From Schmidtea nova (Eukaryota): a DNA stretch of 64,000 bases. The notes under the pieces were generated by a model. The model made no database searches. It was not told where the DNA came from and saw only the letters and a program-made list of their open reading frames with translations. The position numbers and the translations under genes are program-made. Location of the stretch: NCBI GenBank assembly GCA_044892505.1, contig CM097883.1, forward strand, positions 106,206,001 to 106,270,000, in the 5' to 3' direction. This document shows positions 30,479 through 42,200 of this stretch, piece by piece; within the stretch, counting starts at the first letter, position 1, and the number at the start of each line of letters is the position of its first letter.

Positions 30479-30937
30479 CTACAAGTACACTGTTATTTTC
30501 TCGGATACGGGAAGGTTGCACATAGGACATCGTTCATTTATTTTACATTCATTACAGAATCGGAAATGCCCACATGGCAACAACATTATCTGTATCTTAT
30601 TCATTTCACAGATATAACACATCAGATATTGTCTCGTATGTTCTGTTGTTATTCTTATCCACTCATCGTGTTTTGTTGTTAACTGTTGTTCTAGCCTGTG
30701 GCACTCGATGTTCATCTCAGGGTTGTTTAATCTTTCTCTATACCATTGATATCGTGTTGCTGTATCCACTGTGTTCTTATTCTCACTTAAGCTCATCATC
30801 CTTTCAGCTCTTTCTGTGTTGTTTGTCGGTTCGTGATATTCTCCTACCTCGAGTCTTTTTAACTTTCTCGTTATTGTCTCCACTGTCTCGTGGTTTGTTT
30901 CGAAAAACGTTTGCATTTCTTTTATTTTGTTCTCCAT
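30479..30937 (-). CDS. Accessory 152-aa coiled-coil protein with C-terminal IAP/XIAP-type RING finger (no BIR)
   Basis: CYICEMNKIQIMLLPCGHFRFCNEC..NERCPMCNLPVSEKITVYL-stop matches the terminal C3HC4 RING of IAP/MDM2-like ligases. Confidence 0.85.
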   Translation of the reverse strand: MENKIKEMQTFFETNHETVETITRKLKRLEVGEYHEPTNNTERAERMMSLSENKNTVDTATRYQWYRERLNNPEMNIECHRLEQQLTTKHDEWIRITTEHTRQYLMCYICEMNKIQIMLLPCGHFRFCNECKINERCPMCNLPVSEKITVYL

Positions 30938-31466
30938 CCCCTGAATGAATTCTCATTAATTTTGTTATCGATTTTTATTTATTGTTTATCATTCCTATTC
31001 TATGGTAGCCCTACTGTTCGCTTTCTGTTGTTCTGTTTTACGTCGTTACTTGCGTATCCCCCCGTGTTCTTGAATGTCGCCCCGACATGATCATTGTTAG
31101 TTGCTCACACTCATACCATTTTCATGCACACTTTTCAGCATACTTTTACCTTACGTCATGCATACTTTTCATCACTTTTCATACTGTTACTCCACATACT
31201 ATTCATCATACTTCATTCGTCCTCATACTTCCATTCCATTATCATTCATACTTTCATTCTCATGCATACTTTCATCATGTTCATCAATCTCATTATTTTA
31301 CACTCATACTTTTATTTATTATTTTTCAACCCGATTCATTCTTGCTTCAGGACCCACAGTTATTATTTACTTTACTTTTCCTCGCTAAATTTAATTTCAT
31401 CCCGGTTCAGGCGCTCTAAACTGTCCGCAGATATCGAATTCACTTTTTCCCACAAAGATCGATTTA

Positions 31467-31484
31467 ATCCCGGCTGAGCCCCCA
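31467..31484 (-). promoter_or_regulatory. Primer-binding site complementary to tRNA-Pro 3' end
   Basis: Minus strand TGGGGGCTCAGCCGGGAT versus the classical tRNA-Pro PBS TGGGGGCTCGTCCGGGAT (16/18); lies just inside the 5' LTR. Confidence 0.9.
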
Positions 31485-31875
31485 AATTTATGCTGGTGTG
31501 TTGGTTAGATTGACAACGGAGATCCTTATGATTTTATACGTTAGGGTGATCTCGCCAACATAAAAACATTCCCCCGCTGACACCCATGATGCATCCCTAA
31601 CTACTCCTCATGTTGGTACTGTGTCAACGTTGTGAAATGACAAGGCAGGTGAGCAACCTTACGGCTACTATTCCCTTGTTTATTCACGGGTCCACCACTA
31701 CCGATAGAAGGTGTTTGTGGATTTCTTTCGGTCCCACTTATGCTCTTGTCTATTGTCCTAGGGTAATTTAATCTTAGCGCATCTGCTGTTCTTCATGAAT
31801 CCGGGTTTTAGTTATATTCAATTCTCAGACATTCCACAAACAAACAAGACAAGTCAACTCATTCATTTTATACAT

Positions 31876-32457
31876 TTATTTATAGTTTAACAATACAGAG
31901 GGCCTAATTACATTTAGTAGTTCTTGCTCGGAGAGACCACTGAGCAAGTCTACCTCTATTCCTACGCGATCTGCATATGCGCGTCTCTCCCTGCGTTTTT
32001 TCGCTCCCAAGCGATTCCTTCGTTTGGTCCTCTGCGATCCTCGTGGTATAGTTGTGGTCATCTCGGTTGCCGTGGTTACGGTTATCTCTTTGTCGGTTTG
32101 CGTACTCGTCGTCGCTGATGTCGAAGTTAACCATTTGTTGAAGGTACTCGTCCTAATCACTGGACGCAATTGCTCAACGATGAAATCTTGGGTCGACACC
32201 TTTAAATAATTGGCCAACTCTAACTTCAGGGCTGCGACCTCCCTTGCTTGTTCATCGATCGTTCGCTCCGCTCTGTATCGGGCCTGTAAGATGGCTTTAA
32301 CCCTCTCAGGATTAAACCACGTTGCCTTAATCCGCTGGTGCTCCTCGTTCAGTTGTCTCAAGCGACTCTCGAGGACACGAGATCGTGCTCTATGTTCGCG
32401 TGCCTCTTGCTTGTAATTTCGAGTGGGATTTTCGTCCATATCTGAGTAATGTATCAT
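31876..32457 (-). CDS. LTR-encoded 193-aa protein: coiled coil, Thr-rich linker, Arg-rich motif, Leu-rich tail (likely start at second Met, 32439)
   Basis: Intact ORF with RGSQRTKRRNRLGAKKRRERR. CTCAG acceptor 2 nt before the second ATG; AATAAA overlaps the stop. Confidence 0.65.
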   Translation of the reverse strand: MIHYSDMDENPTRNYKQEAREHRARSRVLESRLRQLNEEHQRIKATWFNPERVKAILQARYRAERTIDEQAREVAALKLELANYLKVSTQDFIVEQLRPVIRTSTFNKWLTSTSATTSTQTDKEITVTTATEMTTTIPRGSQRTKRRNRLGAKKRRERRAYADRVGIEVDLLSGLSEQELLNVIRPSVLLNYK

Positions 32458-32634
32458 TAACCAGGGTATTTATGCCTTGTTTGGTTTCTCAGTCCCTATT
32501 TTATTGTTAAACAACTGCACCCTCATCCTTACTCATTCCACATACATCCAAAACCAAAACAAAACCCTTTTAAATGGATACATATATTTTTGATTTACAA
32601 CAGATGTTCGTACATTGGGGTGTCGTCCTCGTGA

Positions 32635-33270
32635 TCAATTGTATGGTCGTAACTCTTGATCGGCCGGGTTCTCGTCTCGGCGAATCCCTGTTTCATGGTA
32701 TAGTTCGGGGGCCGGATTCCAACTCAGTTTGTTTTGATAAATGAACACCTCCCAGAGGCGAAGGTCTTTGGGCTCGGGGTGTTGATCCACGGAAATACTG
32801 CCTGGGGCGTTCGGGTAAACGAAGACTTCCCCAGTGTCACCACACCGAGGCCTGTCTAGCAGCAAATACCCGAGTTGACCGAATGCCTGCCCGGTCATCA
32901 TTCCGGTGCTTAGTACCCAGCGGGGTTGTTGGGTTTCATCTACAAATTGATAGAACCATCTTTCGCATCCATCTTTGGTGGGGTTTGGAGAGGGCGTCCA
33001 ATCGACATCGCCTTCCCACCTCAGCTGTAGTTGGAATGCACAGGCGGGAATACTTGCCGCTATGCTCATATGGGTCCTCGTCCATCGACGCAGGTGTCTA
33101 CGTGCGGAGTTGAAAATTTGTCGTGGGGCCTCCTTCTCTCCTTGGATCTCAGTAGGTAATTTTTGTGTGATGACGGAGCGGATGCGCCGTTTCCTCCGTA
33201 GAATGTACTCCTCTAATTTGACGGTTAGGGGTCCTACCGGCTCCTTCATGAGATATTCTGTTTTCCTCAT
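32635..33270 (-). CDS. LTR-encoded 211-aa protein of unknown function (5' LTR copy)
   Basis: Same protein as 6432-7067; the one difference seen inside it (6783/32986 area) is synonymous. Confidence 0.6.
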   Translation of the reverse strand: MRKTEYLMKEPVGPLTVKLEEYILRRKRRIRSVITQKLPTEIQGEKEAPRQIFNSARRHLRRWTRTHMSIAASIPACAFQLQLRWEGDVDWTPSPNPTKDGCERWFYQFVDETQQPRWVLSTGMMTGQAFGQLGYLLLDRPRCGDTGEVFVYPNAPGSISVDQHPEPKDLRLWEVFIYQNKLSWNPAPELYHETGIRRDENPADQELRPYN

Positions 33271-35558
33271 GTTGCTCTGAAACGGAATTTTAGGTTAACT
33301 GACAGACTCTATCATCGACCATCGATTTTATGTCGATCAACCTACTTGGTTTATCGTCTATTAGCCGTAGGCCTTAGTAGCTCGCATATAATTTACTAGA
33401 CCGTTGGTCGCGATGTTCATGTAGGTGGTGACTTTACCTAGGTGAGTTGATTCACTCCGCAATTTCAGACGGTTTTAGCTACGCTAATTTTGGCTTGTTA
33501 TTTACAATCAATTTATGTTACATTTAATTTTTCACCGATCATTTCCATTCACTCAACATAGTTCATTTACAGATCATCATCAGCAACTATCAAGGTTCTC
33601 GTCACGGGGAAAATTTAGTCATCCCTTAGTCAACTGCTTTGTTGAGGGACCCACTAATTTTATCTACTATCGGGTCTGACTTTTCATGCCCTTAGTGGAT
33701 TATATGTATATATCTGGCAGCTCATTCGATTCACGACTACCCCTTGGTGTTAATGTCTTTCGGCCGCGATGTTACGTTTTGCCTATCTCGATGCTCATCG
33801 ACTTTTGATGTACCAGCACTCCTTGAAGGTATACCCCCTCATCAAGGTACCTCATGCATATATCTTCCCTTGCGAAATGAACTTTACCTTGAGTTGATTT
33901 ATGGTCATTAACTGTCACCCGATACCCCGTCATCGTACTGTATAGCATTTATACTAGGCTATCGCTACCTTGATTTAGTTCATGATCATTAGGTCTTACT
34001 CGATACCCTATGTGCATCCCCCTTTTCCCCTCATCAAGTATTTAGTAAACTTATGGTCCCGCCGCATCAGCACCTCACCACCGATAAGGTGTGTTGCGCT
34101 GAGAGGCCAAAGAATCCGTCAGGCTGCTAGGCCTCCGGAAAACCTTATTGATTTTATCATGATTATGATTATTATGAGGGTTTAAATAATTAACAATAAA
34201 ACTCAACCATACTTGTATTTGGCTTCCAATCGATTTTACAATGTCTTCCGTAAGAGTGACTGTTGTACTGATTTACCTTCAGTAAAAATGACCTCCTATT
34301 TCTCTATTTTTACTGATTTTACTTCAGTATTTATACTCAACCGGTGTTGTTGGTCAGCCAATAAGCATCGAGTATGTGTGTATGTTTGCTTCATTATTTT
34401 GTGTTGCCGGCTTTTTGGTGCCTAACTCAACTCAATGATTTATTTGGTTAATCATGCGGTAAGTTTATTTTTGTATGATTTAATTTTTATTTGATTTTGT
34501 TTTAGCTCTTCGGTGACATCCGCCCACGCGCTGTCATATTCCGATTTTATTTGCTTCGCATGAGTGAGTTATGAAGATTTTTGTTGTTTTTATTAATATT
34601 CTATTTCTTTTAGATGTTGCCGCCTATTTTATTACACTTTGGTGTTGGTAATTTATTTTGTTGTTATTCTGTTGTAAATTTATTTTATTGATTGTATATT
34701 ATTTTTAGATGCTGCTCNNNNNNNNNNNNNNNNNNNNNNNNNNNNNNNNNNNNNNNNNNNNNNNNNNNNNNNNNNNNNNNNNNNNNNNNNNNNNNNNNNN
34801 NNNNNNNNNNNNNNNNNNNNNNNNNNNNNNNNNNNNNNNNNNNNNNNNNNNNNNNNNNNNNNNNNNNNNNNNNNNNNNNNNNNNNNNNNNNNNNNNNNNN
34901 NNNNNNNNNNNNNNNNNNNNNNNNNNNNNNNNNNNNNNNNNNNNNNNNNNNNNNNNNNNNNNNNNNNNNNNNNNNNNNNNNNNNNNNNNNNNNNNNNNNN
35001 NNNNNNNNNNNNNNNNNNNNNNNNNNNNNNNNNNNNNNNNNNNNNNNNNNNNNNNNNNNNNNNNNNNNNNNNNNNNNNNNNNNNNNNNNNNNNNNNNNNN
35101 NNNNNNNNNNNNNNNNNNNNNNNNNNNNNNNNNNNNNNNNNNNNNNNNNNNNNNNNNNNNNNNNNNNNNNNNNNNNNNNNNNNNNNNNNNNNNNNNNNNN
35201 NNNNNNNNNNNNNNNNNNNNNNNNNNNNNNNNNNNNNNNNNNNNNNNNNNNNNNNNNNNNNNNNNNNNNNNNNNNNNNNNNNNNNNNNNNNNNNNNNNNN
35301 NNNNNNNNNNNNNNNNNNNNNNNNNNNNNNNNNNNNNNNNNNNNNNNNNNNNNNNNNNNNNNNNNNNNNNNNNNNNNNNNNNNNNNNNNNNNNNNNNNNN
35401 NNNNNNNNNNNNNNNNNNNNNNNNNNNNNNNNNNNNNNNNNNNNNNNNNNNNNNNNNNNNNNNNNNNNNNNNNNNNNNNNNNNNNNNNNNNNNNNNNNNN
35501 NNNNNNNNNNNNNNNNNNNNNNNNNNNNNNNNNNNNNNNNNNNNNNNNNNNNNNNNNN

Positions 35559-36460
35559 CCTACTTATTTCTGACACAGAAAAATTGTTCGTGACCTACTT
35601 TTTTCTGACAGAAAAAATATATTTTACCTACTTTGTTGACCTTATAGTATCCTTAATGTACCCTTAATTCTGACTTTGAAAAATTTCGAAATTTATTATT
35701 AACCTACTTAATTTTTACATAGAAGAAATTTTAGAAATTATTATTATTGACCTACTTAATTTGTCCTCATCTTGACCTTAAATTGACCTACTTAATTTGT
35801 CCTCACCTTGACCTTAAATTGACCAACTTAATTCGTCCTCACATTGACCTTAAATTGACCTACTTAATTCCGACATAGAAAATATTTTAAATATATTATA
35901 ACTTTGAATAATTTTATATTTGACCTACTTAATTCTGACATAGGAAAATTTTTATAAAAATAAAGTTGACCTACTTATTTCTGACATAGAAATATTTTTG
36001 AGAAAATTAAAGTTGACCCACTTTTTTCTGAAATAGAAAATTTTTCGTGACCTACTTTTTTCTGACATAGAAAAATTTTAAGAAAAATAAAGTTGACCTA
36101 CTTTTTTCTGACAGAAAAATTTTTGAAAAAATAAAGTTGACCTACTTATTTTTGACATAGAAAAATTTTCAAGTTTTTTAAATTTGACCTACTTAATTCT
36201 GACATAGAAATTTTTTTTTAATTATTATTGACCTACTTAATTCGTTGTCATAGCAACTATCAAATTTTGAAAAATTATGTTGACCTACTTATTCATTGTC
36301 ATAGCAACTTAAAAATATTTGACCTACTTTTTTCTGACATAGAAAAAATTTAAAAATTATATTTGACCTACTTATTTTAACCTTAATTTCACCTTAAAAA
36401 TATTTGACCTACTTATTTTGTCCTTATTGTGACCTTAAATTGGCATTCTTTTTGACCTTA
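35559..36460. repeat. Degenerate satellite/minisatellite with core TTGACCTACTT(A/T)..TCTGACATAGAAA
   Basis: Many GACCTACTT cores at roughly 30-60 bp spacing. Confidence 0.88.
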
Positions 36461-37304
36461 TAGTGTCCTTGTTTTGATGTTAATAAATTTGTATTGATTA
36501 CTTATTTGAATGTCCGATAATAATCCTAAGGATTACTTTTAAATAAATCGTTTAATATGGGACAAAATGGGCATCAAACCTTCTATCGGTAGATCTTGAA
36601 CCCAGGAGATGTTCGGTCAATCATAGTTTCAAATTTTTCGACGCTCACTGATTGCGAATATCCACCCATTTGTTGCATTACGAACGTTATATTGTGACGG
36701 GCAACAAGATGGTTAAACTAATGTTTTGTATGTTGAGTTGTTAATGTGAGCTATAACAACGTCATGGTTATATTGACGATCAACAACCCACCACTATATG
36801 TTTTTGTGCTATTTTCATGCTTACTGCTCTTATTTATTATCATGAGCTTTTAATTCGTTTCTTTATGTGTGTATTTAATTTCCGATGCATTAAAAAATGT
36901 TATTTCACTTCTAGCAGCTATCAGTAATTAAATTATACTATATTTAATTAAATTTAATATTGTTAAAATAAAAAATCTTTATATCTAAAAGCTTTACTTG
37001 AAAATTACATTAAATAATAAATATTGACAAATTTTTTAATTATTATCAATTACATATAATTTGCTTTGTGACTTTTTACTAATTTGATTTATTTTTTAAA
37101 AGTTTTATGATTTTAAAACTAAATGTTGGACATTTTATATTTGTTTTTCAAAAATTTATTTAATAGAAAATGAAAATTAAACTGATTCAATGAATATGCT
37201 ATTATTTACTAGTTGTTAAATATATTCTAATTGAATTTCTTTTATTTTAATCTTTTGAATATATTTTGTTTAAATATTCACAATTTTTAACATTAAATAT
37301 CGAT

Positions 37305-38711
37305 ATGGATTGTGGCGATGATTTTCAAATAATAACAACCCCGCTGGATTTTGATGAATTTAAAGTTGACAAAAAATTAAAACATATAAAAAAATCAAAG
37401 AAAAAAGATTTAAATAATGTTTCTAAAAAATCCAAAAAAAATACAGAAATATTCAACTTAAAACCAAAATGGATTGATAGCACAGAACACAGGTAAATAC
37501 CAATTCTAATTATTTTATTTTATATTAAATGATTTCAGAGAATCGGAAAAGCAATACGTGTGTCTGAATATTGAAAATATTTTAGCAAATGAAAACGAAT
37601 CTGCACTGAAAATTGAAAAAACTTCATTTCAGTCCAAAGAAATTTCTTTGAAATCGGGGTTATTGGAATTTTACCGTTGCAATGACGGAAATCGTGAATA
37701 CCCTAACTCAAAATTTATTTCATTTTCTATTTTACACCCAAACAAAAAATGTATGATTACCGGCAGCAATGAAGGGACCTTGTGTGTTTTTAAGGTAAGA
37801 TTTTTAATTTATTAGTTCAATGAATGTATATCAATAAACCAGCGCTAAATCAATTTATTATTATTATATTTAAGATCGACGGAGAACATAATGACGCAGT
37901 GGATAAACCGATATATTTCTCTAAATTCCCCATAAACGGTGGGCAACTGCTACCCGATGGAAATAATGTCATAATTTTCAGTAAAAGAAGTTTTTTTAAA
38001 ATTTTCAATCTGACAACAAGCGAAACAAAACAAGGCCGAATTGAAAGTACATCGAATATCCGCCGATTAGAGGTGTCTCCAGCGGGCGATTGTATCGTAT
38101 TTTCCAATGAAAATACGACAATTTTCGTTGTGTGCACCGTGACACTCAATACTATCCACAAGCTTCACGTGTCGGGCACAATCAGATCTATGTCATTTTC
38201 ACACAACGGGAAATATCTATACGTTCTAGAAGATATCGGGAAAATATCTGTTTTTGAATTCAAAGAGAAAGGCTGCCCGGTTTTCTGTCGGAAATGGTTT
38301 GATGAGGGCTGCATTAACGGGGCGAAGTTGGCCATTAGTCCAGATGATCAATTTGTCGCTTGCGGCAGTCAGGGAATCGTCAATATTTACTTGTTGAATG
38401 ATACGTGGAGCACCGAGTACCCGAAACCGATCAAAATCGTTAATTGTCCGGATAGCCGAGCCAATCAGCTGTTATTCAACCATTCGAGCGAGTTACTCGC
38501 TATTGGATATTGTTTGACGAGTAACATGACAACCGGCTGTTTCAAATTGTTACATGTCGAATCGCAAACGATTTATCAGAATTTTCCAGCAAGTGTTGGC
38601 ACTGCTCGTCCGACGAGTTTCTCGTTCAGTCCGTCCGGTAAATATCTGGCGGTCGGCCGGTTCAATGGGAAAGTCACTCTGTTCACTTTGAATCATTACG
38701 AGAAATATTAA
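37305..38711 (+). CDS. UTP18: U3 snoRNA-associated protein 18 (WD40); exons 37305-37492, 37539-37794, 37875-38711, 426 aa
   Basis: GT-AG introns of 46 and 80 bp keep the frame. Motifs KPKWID, IDGEHN, WFDEGCING, FNHSSELLAI, FKLLHV..TIYQNFP, FSPSGKYLAVG..GKVTLFTLNHY. Confidence 0.88.
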
Positions 38712-41700
38712 TAATAAACTTTTCTTGATATTTTAATTCATTCAATGATTTATATATTATTGTTATGGGGGGGCTGAGTTGCGATTTCATACGTCCAAGA
38801 TAGAAGGCATAAATAATCACCTTATTACAACAGATATATTGTCCATCGTTATTTTCACGCCCCTTTCATATTGTCACAACAATTATCCAATTAACATTTA
38901 TTTTTAAAAAAGCAAACGAAAAGAAAATGTTGTAAATTATATTTATTATGTTTTTGTGTCACTTCACTTTCCTTTTACGTTTTTAGTATGTACATTTGTT
39001 ATGGAGCATACAAATGTTTCCGAGTAATTGGTTTACATAATTCGTGTATACCAAATTACAAACGTTTTAATAATCACGCCAGGAACTTGAGGTTCTATAG
39101 TCATCCTATCACGATGTCAGCGTAATTATCGACATCACCAAAGACCAACTGACCTTAGCGGTATTATCCACGTTGATAATTTTAATGGAAGTATTTGAAT
39201 TAATCGATTGCGGCATCTCCTCCCGATCAACCAATGGGATGATCGATAATTCTTTGTAGTGTGCGTTTGCAGAACTCACAATACTGTTCATTTTTTATTA
39301 TGAAATTATTTCACGTGTCATCTTTTCGGGTTATTTTAGAATTTAATTAATATTGTTGATGATACCTAAATAGTAAATTATATTATAAACAAATGGAAAA
39401 ACTTGAGGGAAAACCGATAGGGTGATTGAGAAAGCATTCCGGAACTTGGAGAAGAAAATAGAAAAGCAAAAAATTGAGAAATGAGGAAGGATTAACAAAA
39501 TAAAAGGAAGTAAACAATAAATCAGAGAAAGGTCACTTATAATTAATAAGTGCAAGAAAATAAAAATGAATTCCAAAATTGGAAAATAAAATTGGCATCT
39601 CGACAAAACGTGGGAACTAGGAAAATATTATGAAAATGCCAGAAGCAGAAATGAAAAAAACAAATTATCCTGAGCTGTCAGGGGTAACACGGAAGTTGAA
39701 AAGAGAAAATAGAACATGTCAGAGGCAAGAATGGAAAAAAGCGAATAATGAGTGCCGGAAAATGGCTACTGATTTTTTCATAAAATATGTGATCCTCATT
39801 TCCATTAAGATGTGATATGATTTCTGAAATAATTTTGTCTTCGTTTTGGTTCTGTTTTATAATTTTCATAATATTTGAACTTCCTTTTAGACTACTAATG
39901 TATCGAGTTCAATATTTTGCTTCTTCGGTATCCTTTTGTTTCATCTGACAATGAGTTCATATTGTATATATATCATATTATTTAAATGAGGCGTGCCATC
40001 TGCATTTCCATATTCTTCTCTCTTTCTATATTGTAACTCAAAATAGTCTTACTGGGGTTAACGGATTGTCACTGAGTAGTGATATCGAATCTAAGCGTAG
40101 ATTCTATAGTTTTAAAACGCCTAAAGCTCACTCATGCTCAAAATACTGGATGTCCATCAGTTTGATACCAAAGCTCTCATGTGTGAACGTGAGAAGCTTT
40201 GTAAATACAGCAATCAGGTGGAGCCCTAAACACACCTGATCTTTACACATGAGATGGGTTTCAATGACTTTCTATATTTCCTATTATTATATTTATTAGA
40301 ATATATCCTGTTAGTCTCCATACTTTCTTGGAAAAATTTTTCAAATGCTTCATTTCTGAAGTTACATTACAAACTTTTTGAAATCCTTCGGTGAAACTAC
40401 AAATATTTCTTCTCTTTCTTTATCTGATTGACCGTTAACAACTTTCCCCCAAACTGTACCATTTGCAGATTTTATTTGGTCATCTCCTGCTCCACTAACA
40501 TCAGATTATTCTTCACAAGACTCATCAAAATTACTTACAACAAATTTAATTATAAAGAAAAAAAGATGAAAAAAAATATTTTGATGATTTAGAATTTTCC
40601 TGTCTGTTCCAAACATTTGTTGAAGTTTGAAAATGATGATAAAGCTACAACACGCCCTTAATCTGACGATATTTTCCATTCTTGTACATAATTATAAATT
40701 ATTCTCACAGTGCATTTTAAACATTTTTCCAAGTGAGATTCATAAATATGACAAAGAGACTATTTTAGTTAAAGCTTTTTTAATAATACAACTGGGTCCT
40801 GTCAAAAATGATAGTATAAAAGTAATGAATGAAGAAAGAACTTTTTCATTCACAATAAAGGACTATTGTACATCCCACTTAAAAAATCATACATGATTTA
40901 CTGCAGGACAAAATAAAAATTTTCAATTAATTTCTATAACATTTTACATTAACCTTTACATTGTTATATTTAAATTATCAAAAATTAAGATAATTAATTA
41001 TAAAATTCTTTGAATTTTTATATATACCTAATTCACTAAATATATTTTGTTAATTTGATATGTTTATGTTTTTCGTGGTTACTTCTTGCTCTTGTTCAAT
41101 TTAAATTTAACTTTTGTTTTAATTAATTTTTTCCAAAGCGTTTCTAATTACTTTTGTATATTTGATGTTCGATCGGATATTTAAGTATAGTTCTTGCGTA
41201 ATCTCTACATGTATTCAAGGAGTGATTGAGCTGGCTCGCGCTAGCCGGTTGTTAAAATTTTGGAAAATCGCCGAGCCGGTTGTTAAATTAATTCGCAAAA
41301 ATTGGTTTTACGGATTTTTGTCCCGTCCCTTCCCGATATGTATCTGATAAATGTTAATGAAATTAATACCAAATTCAGTTTTATTGCAATGTTAAAATTA
41401 ATGCACACTTGATTGTTGACTTTATTTTTCGTTAGATATATAAAATTTTATTGTCATATACTGAAAAATAATAAATTTATTTTAAAATAAAGTGTGAATA
41501 ATATAAAATTTTTAGTTCTTAGCTGCACTTTCGTTTGTTTAGATGTTAGATCATTTTATGAAATACAATGGAATAAAACGTGTTATAGTTAATAATAAAA
41601 CTGATTAATACTCGAACAATAGTTTGTGAGTTGGTGCTGTGACTCTGTTTTATGAAAATTTTACAGAATAGGTAAGTGGCAAATAACAATATTGCATGTA

Positions 41701-41759
41701 AAGCTCGTCTATTATTCTTATAACCTACACTATTTTTCGGGTGTCATTAGTGATGTGAC

Positions 41760-42200
41760 TAGCTCTAACGCCAAATTAAGCCTAGGGTTTTTTGGCTGAA
41801 AGGGGAAGAAAAAGTTACTAAATTAGGCGAAATTCTAAAATTTAACATTGATATCAACGAATTTCGTGATTTTGTTGATGCTAACATACGGTTACAAAAT
41901 ATTCAGTTGCCTAAAACAATTTTAAAGGCAAAGAAAATTTCCAACACCATAGCAGTTAGCAGTGCAGAAGCCAAACGAGGATTTAGTTTGATGAATACAA
42001 TTGTAACCAAATTAAGAGCTAGCTTAACAATAGATCACATTGCAGATCTAATGTCCATAAATTTATTGGGAAAGCCACTCAATGATTTCGATGCAACACC
42101 GATGGTAAAGTCGTAGATAAATGAAAATCATAGACTGGCAACGGAGACGAGAGTGAAAAAAAGAGTTGAGAACAAGTTTTTGGAAAATGAATTAGGTATA
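41760..42200 (+). mobile_element. hAT transposase C-terminal (dimerisation) remnant
   Basis: VSSAEAKRGFSLMNTIVTKLRASLTI..IADLM resembles the hATC S.A..ER.FS motif; stops nearby. Confidence 0.65.

Larger units (their letters stand above)
5303..34717 (-). mobile_element. Giant Ty3/gypsy (Metaviridae-like) LTR retroelement, ~29.4 kb, env-bearing, with many accessory genes; both outer ends lie in N gaps
   Basis: Direct repeats 5303-8514 and 31506-34717 at constant offset 26203, tRNA-Pro PBS, gag and PR-RT-RH-IN in gypsy order, all long ORFs on the minus strand. Confidence 0.95.
31491..34717 (-). repeat. 5' LTR (right copy); outer end hidden in gap from 34718
   Basis: Near-identical to 5303-8514. 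Inner end at TG of 31491 (TGCTGG) or 31499 (TGTTGG), ambiguous. Confidence 0.88.
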
